DNA of 64,000 nucleotides from the human T2T-CHM13v2.0 reference genome, Homo sapiens. The translations under genes were made by a program, and so were the position numbers. The notes below the pieces were generated by a model. It saw only the letters and a list, made by a program, of their open reading frames with translations. It had not been told where the DNA came from and searched no databases. Below, one piece after another: positions 25,397-40,179 of the stretch (positions are counted from its first letter, which is position 1; each line of letters starts with the position of its first letter). Location: the NCBI RefSeq assembly GCF_009914755.1, contig NC_060944.1; one strand, written 5' to 3'.

Positions 25397-25930
25397 GAGT
25401 TAAATGTAAAGGCTTGCATTTGGAAAGCCATACCCAACAGCACAAGGTTGGAGGAGAGATGACATGGAAAAGAGGGGCTTTAGTTGACAGTAAGGTCAAT
25501 ATAGGTCAAGATGTCTCCCCCCACCAAATTAACTTAAAAAAAGAGAGAATGTGTTCTTAGATTCCGGTCATGGAAATTCATATCTGGAACAAAGGAAGTG
25601 AGAGTTCCACTGTATTCCACCCTGCTGAGAAAATGTATTCATCCACTCATCAATTATGAATGAGCTATCTCCTGGGGTGGATGCTAGGAATACAGAAATG
25701 AAGGATACGAGGCTAGCCCCGGGGATGCTGCTCTGTTTCTATTAATCAGAATTTGGTATTCCTTCGTGGGATACCTGCAGAGGGGTTCAGTTCTGATGTT
25801 ACCCTTTCATGGGGATGTGGAAAATTAGAGTGAATCCCTGAGGACAGAACTGGGATGTGAAGGACTCAGATGATCACATATAGATGATATGTAAAGGAAC
25901 GGACGATGTTTGATTTAGTGAATAAAAGAG
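25397..25930 (+). mobile_element. L3/CR1 LINE fragments
   Basis: aaatgtaaaggcttgcatttgg...ttagttgacagtaag...aaggaagtgagagttccactgtattccaccctg...gttcagttctg, characteristic of the CR1/L3 3' region. Confidence 0.6.
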
Positions 25931-25984
25931 AGGGGACTCTTGTTGCTTTTTTTATGTCCAACACTTATGACCAATCTGAAAGCC

Positions 25985-26155
25985 ACTAGCCATATGGGAC
26001 TATTTAAAGCTAATTAAAATACAATAAAATAAAAATTCAGTTTCTTAGTTGTAGTAGTCACATTCCCAATGATCAATTGCCGCAGGTGCCTAATACTGGA
26101 GGCACAGATGTGGAATATTTCCATCGTCACCGGAAGTTCTATTGGAAAGTGCTGG
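25985..26155. mobile_element. MER3-like hAT MITE
   Basis: actagccatatgggactattta...aaattcagtttcttagtt...atttccatcgtcaccggaagttctattggaaagtgctg. Confidence 0.75.
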
Positions 26156-26429
26156 AAAAGGCTTCCATGTGGGAGATAATTTATTATCTCCATGCTTTAT
26201 TTAGATGTGAGGGTTGAAATAATGATGATAGATCACTGAAAATTAGAGCAGAATAGATTTTAACTTTGTATTAGGAAAAACTTCTGAGCAGACATAGCTG
26301 TCCAGAGACGCCTGCAGGCAGTAAATCCCCTGTTACTCTAAGAATTCAGCTCAGGGTGGCCTGACTGAGATGCTCTGTATGATTGCTGGGGCTGGCCTTT
26401 CTCCCCTGGAGTATTCTCCGTGGTGTGGA

Positions 26430-26645
26430 AGATGTTCTTTATCACATGCCTTTTCTGTTCCAGGGGCTCAGCTCCATGCCTTCCCTGCACAATCACATTT
26501 ATCGTTTCATTGCAATTCTGCAAGTCAGGTAATATTATCCCCCCTTTTACAGATAAGGAAACTGAGACTCAGCCAGATAAGTTGTTCAGGTTCCGGTAAG
26601 TGCAGTGATTCAATGGATCCAGGTTGTCAGATTCCAAAGCTTGTA
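26430..26645 (-). mobile_element. MIR
   Basis: Core attatcccccttttacagataaggaaactgagactcag. Confidence 0.8.
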
Positions 26646-26969
26646 ACTGGGACAACTTAATTCTGATTTTTTAAAATTATGCTCAGTAAATATTAGTTGA
26701 TTGAACAAATTGCCTCAAGCACATGTTAGTTTCTAAAAAAACAAACAGTTTTTTTGGGTGGCTTATATCTCAATGAAAGTAAAAATAAATTATGTACAGA
26801 AGAAAGGATATTAATAATAAAACATTAACATCAGTTAATAGTTCTTGGTAGAATTAAAGGTTTTTTTTTCCTATTTGTCCTTTTTTTTTAAATTGTTGTT
26901 TACTCAGCAAAACAAACAAACAACTTAAGAATGGAATATGGGCCCTGAGATAACTTAGTGCCTACACAG

Positions 26970-27440
26970 AGTATCAGTCAACTGTTGCTGCATAAGAATC
27001 CACCCCCAAAACATAGTGACTTAAAACAGCAGAGGTTTATTACTTCTTGTGGTGGTGTGGATTGGCTGGGTGTTTCCTTTGTTGGCTTCTCCAGGGCTTT
27101 CCTCTGCGGTTGTATTTAGCTTGAAGCGGGTGGGACTGGAAGGTTTACATGGCCTCACTCAGTGCTGGCACTTGGAACTGTCAGTTGGGGTAGGCTCTCC
27201 ACGTGGCCCTTGCCCTCCAGGAGATTTCACCCACTTCCTTACAGAGTAGCTTTCAACATCATCAAAGGGTGTTCCAAGGGGCAAAGGTGAAGGTTGTAAG
27301 TTCCCTTGCAGCCTAAGCTCTGGACCATGTCACGTTCTGTGGCTCAAAGCCAGCTGACTTGAGGGATGGGGAAATAGAATTAACTTTTTGATGGGGGGAG
27401 CTGCAGGACATTACAGCTATGTTTTTAAAAACCTTCCATT
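26970..27440 (-). mobile_element. MaLR LTR, MLT1H/I-like
   Basis: gtatcagtcaactgttgctgcataagaatccacccccaaaacatagtgacttaaaacagc. Confidence 0.7.
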
Positions 27441-27794
27441 TATTGTAAAGCATGCATTTAACCTCACAGAACAGGGCAGAGAATAGTCTAGGGATTGTCT
27501 CAAATACCATCTTGAAATGTTGGATTAATTTTTTGGTGGTCTGTGGATAATTTCTTTAGAATGTTCATAGCTGCTATTCATGGTATTCTTACCTCTATAT
27601 ACATCCTATTTTTGGCCTGTGATGGCTACAATATAATCCTGAACATTCAAACACCTAGGCTTTTCCCTTTTGAATGATTACGCTCAAGTAGAAATAATAG
27701 ATGGAAACCAATAGTTTTTATCCAAGTGAAGGCACTCTAAATGATATTTTCAGGAGGGATTGATGATTGGGAGATAAAAGAAATAAAAACATGA

Positions 27795-28285
27795 TCAAGG
27801 AAGCAAACCCAAATGTTTACCAACAGATGAATGGATAAAGAAGTGTGGTATATAGACACGTACAATGAAATATGATTCAGCCTAAAGAAGAAACGAAATT
27901 CTGTCGCATGCTGCAACATAGATGAACCTTGAGGACATTATGCTAAGTGAAATACATCAGTTACTAAAAGACAAATACTGTATGACTCTGCTTATACGAG
28001 CTACCTAGAATGACGAATTCATAAAAACAGAAGGTAGAATGATGGTTGCCAGGGGCTGGGGAGGGAGAATGGGGAGCTGTTGTTCAGGGGGCACAAAGTT
28101 TCAGCTTTGCAAGATGAAAGACCTCTGGAGATCTGCACAATAATGTAGATATACTTAACCCTACAAACCGTACACTTAAAAATGGTTAAAATGGTAAATT
28201 TTTATGTTTTTTTTAAGCACAGTTAAAAATTTAAAAATGAAAAAAAACTTGATCAAGGGCAAAAAAAAAAAAAAAAAAAAAAAAG
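27795..28285 (+). mobile_element. L1MA/MB 3' end with poly(A)
   Basis: gaagcaaacccaaatgt...gatgaaccttgaggacattatgctaagtgaaat...acttaaaaatggttaaaatggtaaattttatg. Confidence 0.9.
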
Positions 28286-28416
28286 TAGTGCATTCATTCA
28301 GAGGTCTTATCCCAGAGTACGGTTCCCAGCCATGGTCTACTTCTGTGCCTTTAGTTCTGGAAGCCTTGCTTCCCAGTGAGAACAGAATCAGGAGACCCTT
28401 TGAAAGAAGAAAGTAA

Positions 28417-28905
<489 letters not shown>

Positions 28906-29614
28906 TTAAATGCCACCTGCAATAAAATAAAAACCTTACAGTTGCCAACCATTTCATCTGGTTTTGCCCTGAGAATCTGCAAATCCTCTTCCATTGGTCA
29001 GAAGTTTCACAGCTGAAGAGATAGGTAATATTCTTGATGAAGTCAGTTCAAGATCAAGACAATGGAAATTTCTTGCAACGACTTTCATCTTCTGTGTCTA
29101 TTGGTCGCATAACTTAAGCGTGTTGGTATCTCTGTTAGTGGTGAAGTCGGCTGCAAACCACAAAACACCTGACTGCTACGGAAGATATTAACAGGGACTT
29201 TTTTCCTTCTGCATAACAGGAAGTCTTGAGTAGGTAGTCGAGGTTGGGTAGAGGACACTTCTGTTTCAATTCTACATCCCTAGGGCTTTGGAATATGAAT
29301 GATTCATGTTGCCTTGTGGTGGCTAAATGGCTACCGTCCCCTGTCCCTGGAGGCCTCACAATTCTTTTCCAGGTAGGGAGAAGGGGGAGAAGGGTGGAGC
29401 ACACTAAATGGCAAACAAATGTACCAGCTGAGTCTGTGTGTTCATCTGGAATGCAAAGCTTTTCTGGAAGCCTCTCCCAGCAGACATCTCGCTGGCCCAA
29501 ACCAGAACCCTACCCTATGACCACTGCTAGCTGCAAAGTGGCTGGGGGACAAGAGGGTATTTTTGGAGTGGGCTTGCTCAGGCAGGTAACAAGGCTACTG
29601 AAGTTAGTCATTAA

Positions 29615-29950
<336 letters not shown>

Positions 29951-31369
29951 TAATGCCCCCCAACTCCACACACCACTGTCTCTCCAGCAGTCACAAGCTG
30001 GAAATGGAGCTCCACCCTTGTGGCAGGGAATGCTTGTGCATAGGCCTCTGAACAGCCAGCCTATGCCTACCATCCACGTCCCAGGTCCTACTTCTAATAA
30101 CTTCCTTTACAATGATAAATCCCTTAAAGATGGGAAAATTCTCATATCTCAATCTATTTGCAGGTATACCATACCTTGAATTTTGTTTGTGCTTAATATA
30201 TATTTGCTGATTTTCTGAAGTGATTGAATTCTTTTCCTCTAAAGACAATTCCAGACTGTTCCAGGGGTGAACCTTGGGAATGGAGAATGGGAGCACTTCT
30301 TAGCTGGATCTTAGGAACATTGGAGTTTTCTACCAGATAACACTGAATGACATTATCTTTCTGTAAGTTCTCTGTTATGGCTGGTGCTTTAAGCTCATGC
30401 CTCTCCCTCCAGCCTCCATCTCTTGCTGGGTCTCTGTTGGCAGGTGTGTACCCAGGTACATCCAGTAGCTGAGTTGGTGACAGAAAGAACTGAAAAAACA
30501 CAATCTCCAGCCTCCACATGATGAAAATCACAGGGTTGTTTAAATAGAGGGGGCTATTAATATAGATTTGTCCTTTTCTCCCTCCTTCTGCTTAATCATT
30601 GTCAGGAGGGCGGTAGAAAATAGTCTGCACACCAACAAGGCTCTGGAATAACTAATTGAATACTATAAACTTCCACCCAGGATTACAAGGAGGGACAGTT
30701 GCCTCTCCAGGGTGCTCATTTTGTTTCCGGATCCTGGCACAGGTTGGTCCCAGGCTCCTCTGCCGGGGCGACTATGTCCAGGGCCTTTGGGAACCACGGG
30801 CTGATTTGTATGTTCTCATTGTAACAGTTTCTGAAGCCTCAATTTCTGAGGTCTTCCATGGCACACTATAATTTCAGGATTGACAATGATGCTGACAAGA
30901 GTGAAAAGAAAACATATTTAGGGAAACAGGAATTTCTCTCAACCTTTATTTTGACATTCAGCAGTAGATGATGGATGTTTTAAATTACTCTTGATAAGAA
31001 GCTATCAGTAGGAGTTATTTTGTTTCACAGATACCTGGCAGGTCAAAAACACACTCAAATTGAACAAATATTCTCAAATTAAGTACGGGGAATAGTAAGG
31101 CCGAGTAGCTCATGCTGCAGAGAGGAAGCACATCTAAAGCTACAGTGAGTGCTCAAGGGAGCAACTCCTACATCATTTCCACAAGAAGCAAAGAAGAGAC
31201 AATGGCTGGGAGTCAGAATGGAAATTAGGTGCTTGCTAGTTTAATCTGGAGAGCTGGAACTGACTTAAGGAAGAGGTGGAGAAAACCTACCACCCGGGCT
31301 GTCGGGAAGCTGGGGAGCTTGGACTGAAAGAACACGTTGTTTCAAGGACTCTTCATTTTCAAATGTCTT

Positions 31370-31495
31370 TCACAATTTACTTAATCTCTCCGAGGCCTTA
31401 GTTTCCTCATCTATAAAATGGGCTGGTAATATCCTCATTGTTGCTGTGAGGGCCAAGGAAGTGATGCATATGAAACTGCTTTGAAAACTGTGATG
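31370..31495 (+). mobile_element. MIR
   Basis: tacttaatctctccgaggccttagtttcctcatctataaaatggg core. Confidence 0.75.
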
Positions 31496-31496
31496 T

Positions 31497-31604
31497 ACTC
31501 AGCTACGTGGGAGACTGAGGCTGGAGGATTGCTTGAGTCCAGGAGTTTGAGGCCAACCCAGGCAACACTGAGAGACCCTGTCTCAAAAAACAACACAAGA
31601 AAAC
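31497..31604 (+). mobile_element. 5'-truncated Alu monomer (FLAM-like)
   Basis: cagctacgtgggagactgagg...gagaccctgtctcaaaaaa flanked by TSD aaaactgtgatg. Confidence 0.8.
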
Positions 31605-31787
31605 AAAACTGTGATGCATCATGCAGCTGCTTTTCTTTGGATAAATAATATTTGCTAAGTAAAGATAGTAGATGTTCCTCCTTTGCAAACCATTTTCAAC
31701 TTCTAACACAGCTATTAGAAGTTGTAAGTTACATATATAAAATTTATATTATTTGTAAATAATATTCATTGTGCAAACATTTACTGA

Positions 31788-32199
<412 letters not shown>

Positions 32200-32231
32200 C
32201 CTATAAGTTATTTCTTTAAAATTATTGGGTT

Positions 32232-32612
32232 TACATGGAATACTATGCAGCCATAAAAAAATGAATTCATGTCCTTTGCAGGGACATGGATGAAGCTGGA
32301 AACCATCATCCTCAGCAAACTAACACAGGAACAGAAAACCAAACACCACGTGTTCTCACTCATAAGTGAGAGTTGAACAATGAGAACACATGGACACAGG
32401 GAGGGGAACATCACACACCGGGGCCTGTCAGGGGGTGAGGGCAAGGGGAGGGAGAGCATTAGGACAAATATGTAATGCATGCAGGGCTTAAAACCTAGAT
32501 GATGGGTTGATGGGTGCAGCAAACCACCATGGCACATGTATACCTATGTAACAAACCTGCATGTTCAGCACATGTATCCCAGAACTTAGAGTAAAATAAA
32601 ATAAAATAATTT
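32232..32612 (+). mobile_element. L1PA (about PA7-PA10) 5'-truncated 3' end
   Basis: catggaatactatgcagccataaaaa...gggacatggatgaagctggaaaccatc...tgtatcccagaactta; TSD taaa(a/g)ttattgggtt. Confidence 0.95.
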
Positions 32613-33294
32613 AAAAGATAAAGTTATTGGGTTAAAGTAAGTGCAAATTTTAAAGATTTTTTATGTGTATTAACCAAATTGATTTCCAGGAAGAGCTTAC
32701 TCTTTCATAGTTTATGAGAAGTGTTGGTTTTTCTGCCCTTTTGACAACACAGGGCATCATTTGAAATTTTTGTGCTGTCCTGGTTTATTATTTTAATTTT
32801 CATTTATTTTGTTGTTAATGCAACTGGATTTTTAAAAAATGTGCTTAATGTATTTTACTATTATAATCATATTAAATTAGTGTTTTGTATAAAGCGCCCA
32901 CAGCAAAACCAAGCAAAAAAGAATATTGTCCTGTCTCTTTCTTCTACTTGCTGGATCATGATTCTCATGAGTGGATGAGAAGGAAGCTGTGGGCTTTGGC
33001 AGGTCTAGAGAGAAGCTTGAAGTGACATCTAGGAAGGAGGGTCTCCCTTGGAGTCTTGGAGGGGCCATCGAGGGCTGAGAGAGACCGTGGTGGGGCAGAC
33101 AGCACTATCCAGCCTCATCCACAGAGGTGGCATTTTCCAGGCTCTGGCTCCTATAAAGGTGTGGGTGACTTCTGAAGCTGGATCTATGGGCCACCCCACA
33201 GGAACAAATGGTCATGGTTGGAAATTCAGATGCCTTGGGAAGTACCAGTGAAAACACTGTCTAGTGGCTGTCTGCTACTCCTGGTTGCTTGAAA

Positions 33295-33682
33295 AATTTT
33301 TTTTGTGTGTTTGGTAGAATACATATAAAATTTCCCATCTTAACCATTACTAAGGGTACAGTCCAGTGTCACTAAGCACATCCATATTGTGCAACCATCG
33401 CCACCGTCCATCTCCAGAACCTTTCATCCTCCAGAATGGAAACTCTGTATGCATTAAACAATCACTCCCCATTCCCTGGTCCATGCAGCCCCTGGCAAAC
33501 TCCATGATATGAATGGAGGCTCTGTCTCTATGAATGTGGCCACTCTAGGTACCTCATATAAGTGGGATCCTACAGGATTTGTCCTTTTGTCATGGGCTTA
33601 TTTCACTAATGTGTTCAAGGTTCATGCGTGTTGTAGCATGTGTCAGAATTTCCTTCCTTTTTAAGGCTGAATCATATTCTGT
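33295..33682 (-). mobile_element. L1MB-like 3' end
   Basis: ttgtgcaaccatcgccaccgtccatctccagaac...ctctaggtacctcatataagtgg...tttaaggctgaat. Confidence 0.85.
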
Positions 33683-34101
33683 TTACTCTTGCAGCCCCCT
33701 TTGGGGCCTTATGAGGCTTCTATGTTCATGGAGGTGCCAGCATTATGCTGGGGACCCAGCCTAAGATGAACCCACCTGGGAAAACCTCATGGAACTGAGC
33801 TGCAGAGCCTTCCTCACGGTCCTCCCCCTCCATCCCTCTCAGGTCCCCAAAGGAGACCAGGAGGCCTCTCCTGATTCATCTGAGGAGGGTTTGGTGGGCT
33901 GGGAAGTGTCCTTCCACTTACTTGGAGCTTTTCGGCAGCCAAATCTCTATCTTTCTCCGTATAATAGGTTCTCTCCCTGTTTTTGCAGGGAGTTGGTGGT
34001 GGGATTTGTGACAGTATGGAAATAGTAAAGACAGGCCCAAAGGGTAACCATACAGGAAAATATCTATTACCAGGTGAAAATTCCCCTTTTAAAAAAATGT
34101 G

Positions 34102-34370
34102 GGCTGGGCACAGTGGCTCACACCTGTAATCCCAGCACTTTGAGAGACTGAGGTGGAAGGATTGCTTGAGCTCAGGAGTTCAAGACTAGCCTGGGCAACA
34201 TAGTGAGACCTCATCTCTATAAAAGAAAATACAAGAAATTGGCTGGGCATGGCGGCATGCACCTGTCCCACCTACTCAGGAGGCTGAGGTGGGAGGATTG
34301 CTTGAGCCCAGGAGCTGTGATTGTACCACTGCATTCTAGCCTGGGTAATCCTGTCTCCAAAAAAAAAAAA
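34102..34370 (+). mobile_element. AluJ with internal deletions in the right arm
   Basis: Dimer with poly(A); TSD aaaaaaatgtg. Confidence 0.92.
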
Positions 34371-34393
34371 TGTGTAGAGTTTGAACAGTTCAC

Positions 34394-34674
34394 TTTTTTT
34401 TTTTTTTTTTTGAAATGGAGTCTCACTCTGTCACTCGGGCTGGAGTGCAGTGGTGCAATCTTGGCTCACTGCAACCTCTGTCTCCTGGGGTCAAGCAATT
34501 CTCCAGCCTCAGCCTCCCGAGTAGCTGAGATTACCGGCACCCACCACCACACCCAGCTAATTTTTGTATTTTTAGTAGAGACAGGGTTTCACCACGTTGG
34601 TCAGGCTGATCTAGAACTCCTGACCTCAGGAGATCCACCTGAGGGATTATAGGCTTGAGCCACCAAGCCCGTCC
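34394..34674 (-). mobile_element. AluS with a ~20-bp deletion in the left arm
   Basis: Poly(T) then antisense dimer; lacks the usual gcctcggcctcccaaagtgct segment. Confidence 0.92.
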
Positions 34675-36428
34675 GCACACATTTTTTTAAAGAAAGAAAT
34701 TTATGCACACCTTTTTGGAAAAGCAGGCAACTGAGATGGAATGGTCATTCTAGTCCTGTAGAGGATTTAAAAATATGAGAGCACTTTTGCCTTCTCCTAC
34801 TCTCATGAAGCTGAAATCGTTTATTTATATAACTCCCACCTTTGGCGTGAACTTCAAATTAGACATAGTGTTATCAATTAATGTAAGAGAAACCCATCCA
34901 GAGAGGGGAGTGAGGCAGCTATAAAACCAGGTGGAATTGAATGCTTATAAAAGAGGTTCGACAATGTGATCTTCATGTCCTGGACTCCTGGGAGATTTTC
35001 CTTGAACTGGTTCACGTAGTCAAAAGCCTTACATTCTTTTCTGAAGGACAGTTGAGATCATTTTAATCATAATGGAGACTATATGCCGTGAAAGTCTTTA
35101 AAAGAATGAGAGGGAGAGTTTGCACGGTGAAGGATATAGAGCAGGCTGGCTTTGAGCTTACATTAGCATGCACCACCTCTTGTCTGGAAGCACCGCGTAC
35201 CCTCACTAAGACTCATGATAACTACGAAAAGTGAAGCGAGGCTGGAAGAGAGGCCACGGATGTTAAGCATGTTAACATTTCCATTACATCTAAAAGCAGA
35301 AAATGGAACAAATAAAGCAGGTTGGGTTTTCTTCCCCCAGTATAATATATGCCAGAATGTCACAAGAACTCATTGTCTGCAGTGAATACAAAAATATGGG
35401 CAATTCAGGCTGAACAATGGAAACGTTGGTGATTCCATAAAAGCATCCCATTCGCATTAAGTTCATCTGGCTTTGTTTTATCCCTATTTTTTCCCCCAAT
35501 AAAGCTGTGTCTTGAATAATATGATCTTTAAAGTTTAAGCTGCATATAGAAGTGCTTCTTCTTTTCCTCTCCACTTTCTCTGGTTCTGAAATGCAAGAAA
35601 TGCAGAATAAAAGACAATTGAACCATCGTATTTGTTTTTTCTGCCCCTTCTCTCCAGTTAAATGCTGTTGTGATTTTGATGTAAACATCCTAGTAATTTT
35701 CACAGGAAGTGGGTGCAGGGATCCTAGCAGTGTGTCTGTTCAATGGTACTGTTAGGCGTCTTTTTGTTCAAAGGAGGACTTGTTCCAACGCCCTGGCACT
35801 GATCCAGTGCAGGCAGCCCGGGGACTTGGTGGGCCACCAGGGCAGGTGGTCCAGGAGCTGGACTGTGCACTTAGAGGGGAGGCTGGGTGGTCTTTTCTTT
35901 CTACTCGGGATCTCCTGCTCTTAGAAGACCGGCCTTTTGGGATTGAGTCTTTGAGGACTCAGAAGTGATTTTGACCTTGAGCTGACATTTTCAGAGTGAA
36001 CGAGCTTGCTGAAAGGATGGCAATGTGCAATGTTTGGCTCTCCCCATGATTACAGAGTTGAGTTTAAGAGACAGAGGGAGTAAAAGAAGATGACATTTGA
36101 GTTTTTGTGAGTCTTCATCTTATTCCTTTCTGCCTCTCGTTGGAACTGACTGCCAATTCAGAACAAAACAAATTGTGAAAACTCCCCTCCTGTGTCACTC
36201 ACCCCTGGCCCTCGGGGCCCAGAGTTGGAACAAATTAGGATGGCTTTTGACATTAGGCACAGGACATAAAGCCACAAAAAGTTTGTCTATCCACAAAGAA
36301 GCAGAACCTTTGGGTAGACCCATACACCCATACATATATCTACACAAAACACTGTGTTTTCAACCCAACAAGAAAATCATATTTCTCAGTTCTGTTTGAC
36401 TTCCTCAGCCTTGTTTTCTTATCCCTGT

Positions 36429-36520
36429 TTCCTTCCTTCCTCCCTCCCTCCCTCCCTCCCTCCCTTCCTTCCTTCCTTCCTTCCTTCCTTCCTTCCTTCC
36501 TTCCTTCCTGCCTTCCTTCT
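36429..36520. repeat. (TTCC/TCCC)n microsatellite
   Basis: Visible directly. Confidence 0.95.
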
Positions 36521-36821
36521 CTTTGCTGATCCTTCTGAGTCTTGAGCCAGGATACAGGGCAACACTCAAGACTGTCCTCATGCCCTTTCCTTTCCCCTGT
36601 GATGACGACTCCCAGACGTGTTTCTCAGGCCTGCAGCTTGAGTGCACATGATGAGCTGAAGGCTGGAAAAGTTGAGAGGCCAAATCAGTTCAGAAAATTT
36701 ATTAATTTAAATTTTTTAATTTAAAAAAGGATTTCATATTTTACCCAAACAGAAATGATCGATACCCATGTACCCGCCAGCTTAATCTGACTGATGTTAA
36801 TATTTCCCCTGTCTTATCTTC

Positions 36822-36824
<3 letters not shown>

Positions 36825-36861
<37 letters not shown>

Positions 36862-36881
36862 GACACACACACTCACACACA
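36825..36881. repeat. (CT)n(CA)n compound microsatellite
   Basis: Visible directly. Confidence 0.95.
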
Positions 36882-37134
36882 AAGTTTTTACTATTTTACT
36901 GCTTGTGCTCCTAAACTTTAGCTTGTGTTAGAATCCCCTGGAGAATGTGTGAAAAGGAAGGTTCTGAGTTCCAAGTCCAGGAAATTGGATTCAACAGGAT
37001 GGTGGTGGTAGGGAGGTGACCCACATCTACTCTTTCTCCTGGTGGATTGTAAACCTTCAACGAGTGTTATCTTTTAGTAGTAATTGTAACAGTGGCTGCA
37101 GCAATATATATTTCTGTTTTGTAAATCCTTTGTA

Positions 37135-37510
37135 TCTTGTAGTAATTTTAGACTTACAGAGGGGTTGCAAAAACAGTACAGAGAGTTCTGTTTATTCCTC
37201 ACCCAGCTCACCCCACTGTTATTGTTTTATGCAATCATAGTGCAATGGTCAAAACCAGGAACTTACCATGGATGCAATACTAGTGACTGAACTCCAGGTT
37301 TTATCTGGATTCCCTCAGCTCTTCTGCTATGTCCTTTTCCTGTTCTCAGGTGGAAGCCAGGACCCCACATTGCATTCACAGTCATGTCTCTGTAGTGTCC
37401 TCCCATCTGTGATGGTTCCTCCGTCTTTCTTAGCCTTTCATGACCTTGGCAATCTTGAAGAGTACTGGTCAGTTATTTTGTAGAAGGTCCCTCAATCTGG
37501 GTCTGTTGCA
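37135..37510 (-). mobile_element. L1MC-like fragment
   Basis: aattttagacttacagaggggttgcaaaaacagtacagagagttc...gaagagtactggtcagttattttgtagaa. Confidence 0.8.
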
Positions 37511-38679
37511 CATTTGCTTTGTAACAAGCACCCGAGTGCCCCTGACACAGGCTGTCCTCAGACCACGTTTTGGAAGCACTGCTTTATACCTGGTTTTGGA
37601 TCAAGCTTTTTCCAGGTTGATCCCCATATGGTTCATAAACATCGAAATTCCAAAATATAATCCGTCCCCAGATTTGGGAGCTCCTCACCTTTGGAGATAA
37701 CCAAAAGCATGTGTTCTAAGCCTTGACATGTTTTGAACAATTCCAGTGAACTGTACCATGTACCATGGCTTTCTAAAGTGACTACTTTGCAGAGAGAGAC
37801 ACTCCTTGGAGGCGTGACGGAATGATAGCTTTTTAAGGGATGGCAGAGGGACTGGAGAGCTTACTTAATTCTATCTCTCTTCATTTTACACAGAAGAAAA
37901 CTGAGGCCCGTTATAGGGGCATGATTTGCTCAAGGTCTCAGAACTGGTTGTTGGAAGAACCAGAAATAGAAACCAGGTTTACTCATTTTCAGCCTCGTGT
38001 TCTCCACCCCTCATCCACCCCGATTGTTGTTTATAAGCAGTCGCTGTATCACACCCAGCAGCAGTGATGAGCTCATACCCTTCCCTGGGCTGGCCCAAGG
38101 ACACAAGCGGGCACAGGGCTGAGGTGGGGCTCCTCATGGAGGTGGGCGGGGGGCATGCTTTGCAGCCTCTGTCATCCCCCAGTGGCGCCGCTGCTCTTGG
38201 CCACACCTGCCATACTCAGCTCCGACCTTGCAGAGCTTGCTGCATGGCCCCACATTTTTAAACAGAGCTTTCTCCCAAGTTGCAGGAGCTTTTGTTACCC
38301 AGCACAGCGGTGGGGGCTGCTCATGGTGTGCAGAGTGACTCCAACAACGAGGAAAGTGACCGGGTAAGTGTGGTAGCCTCCTGACCTGCGAATGAAGAAC
38401 CCGGAGGATGTGGAGGCTGGTTCTACAAAGTGCCTCAGGGTGACTGCTGTTCAGATGAACCAAATCATCAATGCGCCCTTATCTACTCTTCTTCGTCACT
38501 TTTGCTTCCTGCCACCCCCTCACAGGGGAGCTGCCTGTCCTGAGCACAGGAACCGCATCGGAGGGAACCCAAGCTAAGCCAGGAGGTGAGTGCCCGTTGC
38601 CTAACCGCCAACTGTGGCTGTGCAGGAAGGTGGGCCCAGAGGTGCTAGGTATTTTTTTTAGGGTGGGGTGCGGTGGTCA

Positions 38680-39440
38680 AGTTTACTGAGGTATGATTTA
38701 TCGGTAGGACAATTCACTCTTTTTAGTGTGCAGTTCTGTGAGTTTTCAGCAAATAAATACAATAGTTGTGTAGCCACCACCAAAATCAAGATATAGAGCA
38801 GTTCTGGCACTCCCCACAAAATTCCTTCATGCTCATTTTAAGCAACACCCTCCCCACCCCAGCCCCTGGTGGCCATTGACCTGAAGTTTAGCCTTTTCCA
38901 GTAAGTCATGGAAATGGAATCAGACAGTGGACAGTCTTTAGAGTCTAGCTTCTTTTCCACTGCATGAGGCATTTGAGATTCACTCATGTTGGTCATACCA
39001 GTCATGTGTTCTTTTTATTACTGAGTGGTTTTCCAGGACATGAATGGACCAGTGCTTCTCTTCATTCACCTGTTGAAGAAGATTTGCGTTATTTTGGGGT
39101 AATTATGAATAAACCTGCTATAGACATTTAGGTGTGTATTTTTGTGTGAAGATAATTTTTCATTTCTCTAGGGTAGGGGAGGACATACAGTAAGTGCATG
39201 TTTAACTTTATAAGAAGCTACCAGGCTGCTTATGGATGCAGGTTCCAGTTGTTCTGTGCCTTCTTCAGCACTTGGTATTGTCAGCTTTACTGATTAAGTC
39301 ATTCCAAGTGGTATCTCATCGTGATTTTAATTTGCATTTCTCTGATGACTAATGATGTTGAGCATCTTTGTTTGGGCATATTAGCTTCTTGTATATCTTT
39401 CTTTGGTAAAGTGCCTTTTTGAAGTTTTTGGACATTAAAA
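38680..39440 (-). mobile_element. L1MB/ME-like fragment
   Basis: gtgcagttctgtgagtttt...ccaccaccaaaatcaagatatag...tttaatttgcatttctctgatgactaatgatgttgagcatc. Confidence 0.85.
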
Positions 39441-39476
39441 AAAATGGGTGCTTGTTTTGATTTTTAATTTTTTTCA

Positions 39477-39850
<374 letters not shown>

Positions 39851-40179
39851 AAATGAGAACCAACTTAAGAGATTTAGAGAGAGCAGGTGGCTTCTCCAAG
39901 ATAATGAAGCATTGGGTTTTCAATCCCAATTCTTCTGAATCTAAACCCAGTGTGCCTGCTGCTACCCCAGGGATGTTCACATAAACAAATCCAGAGCAAA
40001 ATACTGAGCAGAAAACCCCCACTTGTGGCCACATTCTGTGAGTTCTGCTTTATGGTCATACCGGTATCCCAGAGATGCCTGAATCTGAAACTTGCTCGCT
40101 GAGGGGCTGAGACAATTTTACTCTCATTAGGATTTACCCAGTAACGAGTCGGGTAAAGGTCTCACTCAGAAACAGACTA

